From Zancudomyces culisetae HAW-14-8 (lineage: Eukaryota > Fungi > Kickxellomycota), in contig JBNJNM010000021.1 in assembly GCA_052426225.1 (NCBI GenBank), positions 2,790,001 through 2,854,000 on the forward strand: a stretch of 64,000 nucleotides of DNA, given 5' to 3'. The translations under genes were made by a program, and so were the position numbers. This document shows, in pieces, positions 11,061-22,121 of this stretch (positions within the stretch are counted from its first letter, which is position 1; each line of letters opens with the position of its first letter). Under the pieces are notes generated by a model. The model saw nothing but the letters and a program-made list of their open reading frames with translations. It was not told where the DNA came from and made no database searches.

Positions 11061-13647
11061 TAACTTTTTCTTTTACTTTTTTACGGAAATATGTCCTTTA
11101 AATACATCTGACCTCAGTGTTTTCAACTATAGCATGTGTCACAACATTTTTCTGCACATTGAGCATGTGTTATAATTAATGAAGCTATTGTATGCAATCA
11201 TACCATTTAACCAATGCAGTGCAATATAAAAAACCTTAATTTTTTAGTCTTTCTGGTACAACGAGTAGGTTTTTGTCTTGCATTCTGTTACGCCGATTAA
11301 CATATATTTGTGAACTGGTCTTGTACTTTTAATCTTGGTGCTCATATATCCAGAAGTTTGGGTGTTATCTCGTCATGTTTACTCAAAATATACGTAGTAA
11401 TGTGTGTGAACTACCACTTTGCTTTTGTAACGTTGAAGGTACATCTCCCTTCCCGTTATCATGAGCAAGTTTCATAAAATGTGCATACCTTCCCCTTCTT
11501 TCCCATACCATTATCCTCAACACAGTTTGTAATAGGTTTAGGGTTTTTAGGCCACCAATTTTGACTATTTCACGCTGCATAGCCATTGCTCAACACATGC
11601 TCTGTGAAAATGCTGTGTTTTAGAATTAGCTTTAATTTATTTCGATTTAATTAGATCAAGAACAAATCATTATTTACAATACTTGCCTAAATGTTAATTT
11701 TCTCGAAAAACTCAGCGTCACAATTTGAAATTCAAAACACTCCTGCTCAGCAATCTTTGGCCGGTTGGTGTTTATCTTACCTAATTGGCTATTTACAAAA
11801 TTATTAATGACCTACTATTAATTTTTGCAAAAAAGAAAACGAAAAAGAAAAATAGGCGTTTTTTATACGGAAGTATACATAAACGATGAGCTTTACATAA
11901 CCATAAAAAACACATGCTTGATGTATTTTCTCAGAGTTTATATTGTTGATGCCCAACAAAATTAGTTGTTAAAGTATATTCAACTTGCCAAAACAAATCT
12001 TATTTTACAATATAGTTTGCTGGTTTTCATTAATCTAATAAATCGATCTACCTAGTTAATACCTTGAGTTTCCAGTTGATTTGGGCTTATCTCCAGCATG
12101 TTAAGATGCTTAGGATAGAGTATCGCTTGTTTAAATACTAAAATATATAACACTATACGAAATGTATTCAAAGATGGGCCTGCCGCCACATTTGTGCATC
12201 AAAATAAAAGTTCATTCTTTTTCTTTTTTTACTTTCTAACCCTAAACCTCAGCCTAAACTAACTATGCGTTTTCATTTGTTTTTCCAGATACTTTCTCTG
12301 GCTACTTTTGACCAAAAGTCTCAAGGATGGGTTGGCTTGTATTCTAAACTGAAGAACGTATCGAAGCAATCCTAACCAGTCTCTGCTTTCTTTAATAGAC
12401 TAGGAAAAATGGCCTGAAAGTTAATATGTGTAGCAATTTAACCAATTTGTTCAATAGATTATGATTTGGTTTTTTTTGTTTAAAATTAAAAATTCCGCTT
12501 CTTTCGGGTAAATCAAGTCAAACCTAATCAAAAGCCCATTTGAAATTTGTACCACAAGTACATTCCGTTAAAGTTGAAAATTATACTTTTGTATATAATA
12601 ACCTCTAATCACAAAAACAACAACAACAAACAATCAGGAATCAGCTTCACTATAAATAGACAGACAACTATAAAACTCAGTATTTTTGTTTATTTGACAT
12701 CAAGTCGGCTTTTTAAAATAGTAGCAGGCTATAAAATTCGCTTTTTGACAATGCCTTTTTTATAACTACTATTACACAGATACTAGTAAAAAGAGCACCA
12801 ATTTGTCTATTAGATTAATATCATATATCATAGCCATTTTTAGTTCTCCACGATACCGATTACTCTGCGTCCCAATATTAGCAAATTCACCATAGGAAGA
12901 AGAGATACAAAAGCTGCAAAGCAGGTGAGTGAATTAAAAGAGTTCTAGGCAAGTAAATATGTGTGAGCTATAAACGGTTATATTGTTTGACTATTAGAAT
13001 GGGGCATTTATACGTTCTAAAATAAACAAAAAAAGACCAAATTATTTGATGAACTAATATTCATTCATTTATTATGGGTATCTACCTCTGTATAAATCGA
13101 ATATTCGAGTATTTCGTGTTTAACTAATTATTTGTTGTGTTGCTAAGTTTGTTTGTTTACAAAACTTGGTGATTTTCATGACACATTGATATCTTGATTA
13201 ATTAATTTGTAACAGTGTGTTGTAAATAGTAAAAAGTTGAAGCTAACTATAAAAGGATGTTAAGAGAATAATAATACGTTCCAAGCAAAAAGCCCATATT
13301 CAACTTACGCCTCCCTCACTCTTGATAATAGATATATTGATAGCCACCAGCTTTGCGTGTCAAATGATAAAGTAGGGTACACCATTCCATCCCCTTTAGA
13401 TTAAAACCTTGCTAATGCAAAAATAGAAACAAGTACTGCTGATCTCTAATCTAGAAGCAGTGTCATAATTACAGCGGAGAATAGCACAAGAGGACAAAAA
13501 AGCAAAAGAGGAAAAGCAAAAAAATAAAGTGGTGTACACACCATTATAAACCAAAAGTAATAAAACATACTTTCAAACACCTTGTAAACTATCACAAACT
13601 CAAACTCCTAGTAGAAAAGACAAAGATTAAAAATACAAAAAACAGCA

Positions 13648-15960
13648 ATGTCAGGTAAAAAGGACATAACGGCATCTATTACCGAAGAAAACTTAATCGA
13701 AACACACGAAATATACCCCAAAAACCAAAATCTAACGAGTATTAGCACTTTGTTAGACGTTCGAAAGAAATCGCGGTCGGGAGAATCGGTTTCTGCAACT
13801 AAAAAGGGAAACGGACTTTCTGCAATTGGGAAGGAAAAATCCATTGCTCCACGTTTATCAGAAGTGAGCGCAGTTTACGTTGAAAACATATACGATCCGG
13901 ACCATAGAGTTTCTGAAACTACACAATTCATAAAAAGCAAAGTCAAAAACCGACATGAAGCATCTATAGATTCGCATACTGGATATTATGAAGATAGCAT
14001 GAAAACCATGCTTTCGGAGTATGTAATTGTTGAAAGACAAAAAGTGTTTTTCAATTTGGACAACAGTTCAGCTATGCATACAGCTGTAAATGGAAAGTCT
14101 TCACTCGAAACAAAACAAAAAACAAACATTGACGCACAAGGAAATATTAGCCGCACTAGCGGGAACATTGATCCAAGGTCAGGCGCATCGAAATCAACAA
14201 GTCGTGGTATAGGTGAACACACGGATACAACACAAAAAAACTCCTTTATTTCCAACCAACTGACATCTTTAAGGCATCAAATAAACAAGCTTAGTTTCAA
14301 TAGCACCAATGAGTTTAAAAACATACTGTACTCCTCAAAAACTAAAATAAAAAAGAACAAGAACCATGGCGAATCGGAGGTATCCAATGTTGGACACAAC
14401 AATATACAAAGAGGTGCTTTTGAGGGTTCCGCCTCAGAAGCTGTACCTACTAGTCCTAAAAGAGTTAGAGATTCCTATGATGTATCTTTACAAAATAGAT
14501 CTTCGAATGTGTTCAGGCACGCGCCTCTAAACAAAAAGGACAAGAAGAATCACAACATCAGGGGTTTGGAAATTGGTTTGCCTTTTGACGAAGGAATGCA
14601 ATTATGCATATGCTGTAATCAAAGGTTCTTGAAAATCAACATGTTTATGTGCAAAGTAGGTCATACAACATGCTATTCATGCCTAAAAATTCTAGCAAAA
14701 GGTCCAAGTAAAAGGCATTATGAGGGCAAAGCACCATGCCCGCTCTTTAGTATATGTGGAGATGCGTTTGTACTTCCAAAGGATTCCGACTCGCGTAACA
14801 CAAGCCGGGACAAAGCATTATCACAAATTGGCGAAAGCAAAGCAGAAATTGTTGAGGTCGGACAAAGCGAAGAAATTTCACGTGAAAAGTTGCACAAAAA
14901 GACCAGGGGTGCAACCATTACCACCGGGACTGCGTTCGGAAATTCTGGAAAGTATGGCTTTTTTTCTGGTGGTAGGATAATTTCGGATACAAGACTAGAT
15001 CTGATCACCTTTTTAAAGGAAAGTGGTAATGGTGAAAAGAACGCAGCGTCCAAGGAAAATAACACACAGGCCAATGTTAAACCAAAAAGACGTGGTTTTT
15101 CAGTTCAAAACTATATTCACTTCAACTATTTATCCAGAAACAAGGAAAAGGACAAAATTAAAGAAAGGACCAAAAGCACGAGTACCACTAAACACAATCA
15201 CGCTGGAAGTGACGTCCAACTAGGCAAAGATAATGAGCATATACCGGAAGATCTAAAAAATGACGCCCTTGCGGATCTTTTGACTGATCAGAATAGTTCG
15301 AAAAAGTCGTACAAAAAGGATGAAGACTTTGAAAAGATTCTTTCACTATTGGATGAGTTAGAAAAAAAGAACTACTCGGCACGCGAGAGCACATGTAGTT
15401 CGATGTTTTCAGTCAATGACAACCGAGTCCTCTTAAATTTCAACGAAAATGTGCTTTCCACGTTTGAAGGTCTTAATGATCCAGCAAAAGAGTTTTCCGT
15501 GTTACAAATTCAAGTTGATTACGAAAAGTTGGTTAGAAACTACAAATTTATTCACCAGAAACTGCGCAAAAGCTCAATGTTTTCCCCCAGAATAGGCTCG
15601 ATGGTTGGCTTCGGCCCTGGTGATGAACTACTTGATGAAGGAAAAAGGGACCAGGCAAGGATGGCGGGCATAAGGTACAGACCATCATTTGCTGGTAGAT
15701 CTGTTTTTTCCGAGTCACTAAACGTGCAGGATTATGTCGATAACAAGACCTTTAGAAAAATCATTGCTAACGATATAGAACGGAAACGACGAATAACAAT
15801 AAACAGATCTAGATCATCATACAAGGCCCACGACTTTTCCAGAAGTTTCAGTGATTCAGGCTCGATGCCATTTGGAGGCATTTATGGGCCTCTGTCAAAA
15901 TCTGAGATTGATGTATACGATTTTAACTACGACTACACCTATCCCATTCAGGACAAGTAG
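13648..15960 (+). CDS. Hypothetical, largely disordered protein with a central RING-like zinc finger
   Basis: 770-aa ORF with an A-rich start context. C3HC4-like ligand set: CICCNQRF...CKVGHTTCYSC...CPLFSIC. Confidence 0.7.
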   Translation: MSGKKDITASITEENLIETHEIYPKNQNLTSISTLLDVRKKSRSGESVSATKKGNGLSAIGKEKSIAPRLSEVSAVYVENIYDPDHRVSETTQFIKSKVKNRHEASIDSHTGYYEDSMKTMLSEYVIVERQKVFFNLDNSSAMHTAVNGKSSLETKQKTNIDAQGNISRTSGNIDPRSGASKSTSRGIGEHTDTTQKNSFISNQLTSLRHQINKLSFNSTNEFKNILYSSKTKIKKNKNHGESEVSNVGHNNIQRGAFEGSASEAVPTSPKRVRDSYDVSLQNRSSNVFRHAPLNKKDKKNHNIRGLEIGLPFDEGMQLCICCNQRFLKINMFMCKVGHTTCYSCLKILAKGPSKRHYEGKAPCPLFSICGDAFVLPKDSDSRNTSRDKALSQIGESKAEIVEVGQSEEISREKLHKKTRGATITTGTAFGNSGKYGFFSGGRIISDTRLDLITFLKESGNGEKNAASKENNTQANVKPKRRGFSVQNYIHFNYLSRNKEKDKIKERTKSTSTTKHNHAGSDVQLGKDNEHIPEDLKNDALADLLTDQNSSKKSYKKDEDFEKILSLLDELEKKNYSARESTCSSMFSVNDNRVLLNFNENVLSTFEGLNDPAKEFSVLQIQVDYEKLVRNYKFIHQKLRKSSMFSPRIGSMVGFGPGDELLDEGKRDQARMAGIRYRPSFAGRSVFSESLNVQDYVDNKTFRKIIANDIERKRRITINRSRSSYKAHDFSRSFSDSGSMPFGGIYGPLSKSEIDVYDFNYDYTYPIQDK

Positions 15961-16559
15961 TTTAATATTTTCTAGTATTAGCTCTTGAACCAAACGGGTT
16001 ATGAGAAATACAGAAAAATATTTATAAAAAAAAAGTGTTAATAGAAAGTAATATAGACACTGATATATTTTTGATAAGCGTACCAGCAATAATTCTAATA
16101 ATAGCGTGTTAATAAACTTGATAGCACAGGCATATGGCAACACGGGTAGTGTTTATGGCCTATTCTCTTTTCTTTTCATTTTCCAACAAAAAAAAAAAAA
16201 CAAAAAAACAAGCAAGCAGGTGGAATGTTATTCTAAAAGTTGCAAAGACAACGAAACAGGATCCTTGGAGGACAGGATTAGTATAGCTCAAGAAGGGTGT
16301 GGAAAGACAATGTAATGTTTAGCGAGTTGATGTGGTGAGATATAGTTGATGGCTCATGCAGTTTTTTGATTTTTTGTAGTTGGAGGGAGTTACTAGAAAA
16401 AAGTTCAACATGTTATATTAGAATATATTGTTTCGAAAGCTAATAGTTGTAAAAAGAAAAGAAAAACGCAAAAAAAATTCGATAAACTGATCGTTAAAAC
16501 ACATGCATCGAAAAGTGGGGGGGGGGGGTAAAGAAGTTGTAAATAAATGACTGGTCTGC

Positions 16560-18092
16560 TCAATAATCAAATTCTTCTTCATCGCGGTAAATCCAGGCGG
16601 TAAAATCAACGCCTTTCTTGTCGGCATACCACCACATTCGGAAATACCAGGGTATGAAACCAATAACTATTGATACCAATCCCAACAGTGGAGAAAGGTA
16701 GTATGGGTATGCCCCAGCGGTTGCACCAGTGTTTATGAACGGGAAGATGCTCAAGTAAACTGAGACAAGCACAAATAGAAGCAAAAGAACAATGTTGGCC
16801 TTAAACTTCCTTCCCTTAAAACTGGGTAACCTGTGTCTCAGAAAGATGACACCAGCTGTTGTTAGACCATAGAATACCCAGACAGGATATTGTATAAAAT
16901 CAACAAGAAACTCAAAGATATCACCGGGCGGTGGTGCAAACAGAAACACCATTGTAAGGACGAAATTGAAAATGATAGCGTTCATAGGGGTGTTGTACTT
17001 CTTGCTGTATTCTGCCAGCTTTTTGCCATATGGAATATACTCAAACGTGGCAGCAGCCTGTACAATCCTTCCAACTGCAAACACCTCTGCAACAAGTGCC
17101 CCAAATACCGAGAGACCGATGAGCAGTGGTAGAATAACTTGGCCTGCAGTCGTGCCAAAAACCTTGTTTGTAAATACGGCACCAAGAATTTCGTTGGCAT
17201 TTATAGCCTCTTGAAGGGGAACAACCGAAAAGTACGCAAAAATAGCGAGCAAATACAAAATAGTAACAGCAACTATCCCAAGTCCTGCGGCACGGGGAAG
17301 ATCGCGCCTTGGGTTTCTCATCTCCCCAACAGAACAGCAAACATTCGCCCAACCATCGTATGCCCAGAAAACTCTGTTCATAGCAATCGCGTATGCGGCA
17401 AACTTGGCTGATGTTCCAGAAAAGCCTGTCGACCAATTGCCAGCATCTGGTATCTTCTTAACTCCTCCAGCCAGTGCGACAATGCCAGTGACACTGATGA
17501 TAAGGAGGAGGAGTATTTTTAACGCTGTTAGAGCGTTCAATAGCCTTAGTGACCATTTGACACTAAACATGCAGATCAGTGAAGCAAAGATGATTGCTGC
17601 TGCTGCAATTCCTCGGTATATCCAATCCTTGTGATTGTATATTGTAGGATACTGTGTTTGCATATTATTTCCACCTGCTAGGGCATATACCCAATACTGG
17701 GCAAACACAGAGCCATTAACAGCTATCCCACTTGGAATGATGCTAACAACCATGCACCATGCATAGAGGTAACTAACCAACAATCTTGGTTTTAAATATC
17801 CGTGGGCTAGATAACGTAAAGATCCTCCATTCTTTGGGAACATAACCCCAATCTCAATAAACGCTAGCGCACCACCAAACGAACATATTCCACCGAGGGT
17901 ATACAGAACCATTGCCATTAGTGGTGTACCCGATATTCTTGCCACAGAGGCTGGTGTTGAAAAGATGCCGGATCCTATCATTAGAGCGACCGACATCGCG
18001 GCACCCGATAGAACACCTATGGTTCTCTTGCTGCCATCAGCATTATCCACCTCCGCCAACCCAGGCGACTTTTCGCATTCCGCTTGGGGCAT
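16560..18092 (-). CDS. APC-superfamily amino-acid permease (LAT / Mup1-like methionine permease)
   Basis: Motifs MIGSGIFSTP, EIGVMFPKNGG, FWAYDGWANV and GEMRNPRRDLPRA; about 12 hydrophobic segments. Confidence 0.93.
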   Translation of the reverse strand: MPQAECEKSPGLAEVDNADGSKRTIGVLSGAAMSVALMIGSGIFSTPASVARISGTPLMAMVLYTLGGICSFGGALAFIEIGVMFPKNGGSLRYLAHGYLKPRLLVSYLYAWCMVVSIIPSGIAVNGSVFAQYWVYALAGGNNMQTQYPTIYNHKDWIYRGIAAAAIIFASLICMFSVKWSLRLLNALTALKILLLLIISVTGIVALAGGVKKIPDAGNWSTGFSGTSAKFAAYAIAMNRVFWAYDGWANVCCSVGEMRNPRRDLPRAAGLGIVAVTILYLLAIFAYFSVVPLQEAINANEILGAVFTNKVFGTTAGQVILPLLIGLSVFGALVAEVFAVGRIVQAAATFEYIPYGKKLAEYSKKYNTPMNAIIFNFVLTMVFLFAPPPGDIFEFLVDFIQYPVWVFYGLTTAGVIFLRHRLPSFKGRKFKANIVLLLLFVLVSVYLSIFPFINTGATAGAYPYYLSPLLGLVSIVIGFIPWYFRMWWYADKKGVDFTAWIYRDEEEFDY

Positions 18093-19612
18093 TGTATATG
18101 TATATCTTGATTTATCTATTTTTTGTGTTTCTAGAAGAGGTGCGCTTACTGGATCTCCTTTAGCTAAGTGAGTGCTATTTCTATGAAAACACGTAGTGGT
18201 CCTGTATTAAATGCCATAAGAGTAGGGGTATTTATATGTATGTTATTTTCGGATTATGCTACGGACCTTTTGCGATCCCCGATATAATTTTTTTTTTTGT
18301 AGTCCATTTAGGACGAACACCATTAAATGTGTAATTACAGGTCGTTCACATGGTCTTCAGCTATAAGAATCAAAAGTTAGTTAGTAACATACATGAAACA
18401 TACAATTGGGTAATCTATTTTGATCAAATCTGAATGAAGTTAATAAAAATTTTTTTTTCACATTTTGATCCTAGTGATCAATTGACTCACCTAAATGTGA
18501 TATTTTCGGTTGTTAAAATGAACCTTTAGGTCCAGCAACCTCCGATTACAGTTGTTAGCTAAGACCTTTTTCAAAATCAACGTAGAAATCCCCCCCTCCC
18601 CCCTTCCGCAATAATATCTTTTGGATGGTAGAAAATATCTGAAAGAGCTGGATGATGCTGTCCATTTTTATTTTGGGTGTTCAGCCTAACCCCTTTTCAA
18701 AGTCATCTAGACACATTGCAAATAGGATCCAAGGGCTTATTATCCGTCGTTAGCAATTGGCCAAATCACACTTTTGGCCCAAATATCAAACGGAATATCC
18801 AATAGACCCCAGGGATTTCTCAATCTTTAGCCTATAGTGCTCTACACTTCATTGAATACAGTTTCTTGACTCTGAGGTTGAGCAGCCCAAATCATAGTGA
18901 ACGAGTGAATTTTCAAATTCTGAAACTACTAGACATTTAACACTCTTAGGCTTTGATAGTGGGAATGTAATTACTGATATTATTAGAAAAACAACGCTAT
19001 TAATGTGTAACAACTGTGTTATATAAGGGGAACTGACACAGTTTTTATTAAAGCCTGCAGTCATTCCCAAATGAATACTGGACGTAGAAATTTCGGTCAA
19101 TGTGCGCCTTTTACCGACTATCTCGTGAATTCGTTTTAAAAATAGCACATAATGTCTTAATAATGGACATTGTTGATCACTGAGCCGACAAGAGACAAAA
19201 GCGAAAAAAAATAACTATATTTTCCTATTTATTTTCTTTGGAAAAGTGATGTGTTCATTTCAGTTGTGTCAAAATTGGGTCTGATTGAAAACTGTTTAGC
19301 AGAGTTTAAAAACTTTTAAGCTTGTTTATTATAGTTATCCTTTTATCCTAAAGCTTTAATTTTTGTGAATAGACTAAATCGACTAGAAACTTTGATTTCA
19401 AATAACAATGTATGTCCCATAAACAATGCCCAGTAACATGAATTTAAGTGGTCTAAGTTAGAGCCTGGTTCTTGTATATTTAGAGGCCGAATCTGATAGC
19501 CTAGTCTTATTTTGTTTCCCAGTTCCTCTAGTTAAAAATTAATCTAAACAATAAAAGCAGTCATTTTTAAAAAGTGACAGTACACTGGAAATAAATATAT
19601 TTCATTCAAAGC

Positions 19613-20545
19613 ATGTTGGAGAACAACAACAACAGCAACAAAGTTTTTAGAATGTATTTTCTTAGATTTGTTTTATCAAGCACAAAGGGTAATGCTGAGT
19701 TAGAATACAGAGAAATACTCAAAAAATACACAAAAATAGCTATGATTGAAACAATCGGAGTATTGGTATTTAAAAAGCTCAAGAACATGGATTACGGAAT
19801 AGTTCTAATACAGGCAATCACATACAACAGGAAGAAAATACTTAGTAAATTGCTCAAAATGTATGTAGTAATCGATAGGAGTACATCGACTATTGTTTAC
19901 AAATAAACCTTGTTTATGAAAGAGCACGAGTATCTAGATATTGATATTGAAGGTTTTTCTCGAAAGGTAAAGAATTGCTTAGAGATCTGAAAGATATAAA
20001 AACATCTGAGTCAATTTACATCAGACCACCAGTCACTCAACAAATATATCTACTACTTAGGGAAAAAAAGCATCTAATTCATTAAAAAGCGCGTATATTG
20101 GGATATTTATAGATGTCTGCAACACCAACATTGAATTACCTCAGATATAGCCGGTTCTACCAAGAGAGAAATTACATTTATTTACAGCAAATATATTATA
20201 ATTTGCATATTGGTCTATTTAGATGAAGCCTGTAAATCGGACTGCCTCGAGTTGCTAAAGCAGATTTTGTATCTAAAAACCTATGCAATTATCTCTTTCA
20301 GAAACTCATATTGTTTAAAAATGAGTTTTCCATTGACGGGTTTTGACAACTCGTTAGCTCTACTAATGAATATCGATATACAACTAAAATGAATTTTTTG
20401 GTCTATATTGCGTACTCTTATTATTCATTTTATTGGGATAAGAAATATTTGATAAAATTTCTTAGTGATATCTACCCAGGCACGACTTACAAACAGCTAC
20501 AATTTGATACAGCTATACAATATAAAAAGGGAAGATTAGTGGTGA
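19613..20545 (+). pseudogene. Truncated pseudogene of the F-box-like/ankyrin family (paralog of 22122 and 30730)
   Basis: ETIGVLVFKKLKNMDY...KLLKMYVVIDRSTSTIVYK*TLFMKEHEYLDIDI matches both paralogs. It has an in-frame TAA at 19904-19906, several frameshifts and a deleted F-box segment, and homology ends near 20545. Confidence 0.85.
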
Positions 20546-21239
20546 TATATGTTGCGTAGTTGGTTTTCCCTTTGGCTGGATTGTTTTGTGTTGTCCCGGC
20601 TTTACCAAAGGTAGGGTTCGTTTGCTTCATTATTATTTTTTCAACTTGTATATTTGGATCTTTATAAAGTATCCTTTTATTTTGTAGAAGTTTTATTCTG
20701 AAGTGATTTTAAACTTGTAAAAAAAACTAATATTGACTACTGTTTTAACGACTAGGAAGTTTGGTGAGCTCCTCTAACAATTCTCTCTTTGGGTATGTAT
20801 TAGTGTGTTCCAATTCCTGTGTATATTTTCAGGTTTTATTTTAGTATTTAAAAATTAAGCTTTATTGACTTTTGAATAAAAGGACTTGTTATTGATTCTG
20901 CTTTTTCCTCCATCCTACCATATATGGAATACTCCTAAGCTCTATAAAAAAACTGTCAACTTTTAATTAAGTATAAACTAAATAAAACATAAAAAATAAA
21001 GACATCAATATGCTATATTTGACACTGAAAGTTGTCAACATTTTATATCATTTCGAATTGACAGTAAATCACAAAATTTTACATTTCAACATATAAATAG
21101 TTGAAATATTAAAAATATTTATTAGGCACTTCAAATTACTCAAGTTTGACGTTTCTAGAATCGCAAAGTTGTTAAGGAACTACAGGATGAATCAACTATT
21201 CTAAACAGTTGCAATCTATATCCAAGTAATTTGTGTATT

Positions 21240-21800
21240 CTTGATAAATTGTTCCTCTCTGGTATAATTGCAAGACACAAGCACAAAATTAAAAAAGTGT
21301 TGCTACTATTATTAGTTATTTGTGAAATTTCATCTATCTTTTCCTGAGAACCTAAGTACCATTAGAATACTTCTTTTTCAGATTGTAATACTTAAAATAC
21401 AAGGTTAAAAGCAGTTTAAAAAAATGAGAGAAAGGTAACAGATGGATGTAATAATCATAGGAATCAACAATAATAAAAAAGTTGTGATATATTTTTGATC
21501 AAACTGTGCGGGATCTTGTAGTGCGGCGAACGTAGCTCTATTGATATTTAGTGAATTTGGGCGAGTGTTTGTTCAGCAAAGAGGTCGGACAACGGGTTAC
21601 TGGAATGGGAGTACTCTCAAAGATGTTAACACGCCTTAGTAATAATAAACGTATTGTAGGTGTATTTTTGAACAATTCTAGAGAAATTCGGGTTTTGAGC
21701 GAGTTTATTGCTTGAACCAACATCTGGTGGGTATAAACCCCCTAGAGCGATGAAAAAAGGTTGGTTAGGTGGTTATTGGACTTAATTCTTTTTGATCTAT
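21240..21800 (+). mobile_element. Degenerate 3' end of a non-LTR retrotransposon, including dispersed-repeat copy A (21711-21790)
   Basis: Stop-riddled coding-like remnant (..LEYFFFR.. near 21360, ..IVGVFLNNSREIR..) ending in a motif shared with three other loci in the window. Confidence 0.4.
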
Positions 21801-21837
21801 TAGGTAATTCATCTTGAATATCTCGAATAAAACATAA

Positions 21838-22010
21838 TTACTTGACTGGATATTGACCAATTTCTGGGTTGATGTTTAATCCTGAACAGTAGCCAGTAAT
21901 TTGACATCTTTTTGTTGATTTTTTCAAATTACGCAGCAAACATCCATTTAAATTAGCACTCAACAATTGGGTAAATAGTTAAAGAAAATCAAGAAAATCA
22001 GTATAAATAC
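21838..22010 (+). promoter_or_regulatory. Promoter block of the ankyrin gene, duplicated at 30551-30660; TATAAA at 22002-22007
   Basis: gacatctttttgttgattttttcaaattacgcagcaaac is almost identical upstream of both paralogs. The TATA box lies about 115 nt before the ATG. Confidence 0.6.
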
Positions 22011-22121
22011 AACACGTTTCTATCTTTTGGGGTCTATTCATATCTATTCATTACTTTAATACACTAACAAACAAACCCAGATTAATGCAAAAAAAATAAG
22101 AATACATCAACTTACAACACA

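Noticed and set aside
20545-20950. Decayed coding-like sequence on the minus strand truncating the first ankyrin pseudogene
   Set aside because: Probably a transposon insertion, but no diagnostic motif could be read, so it was not called.
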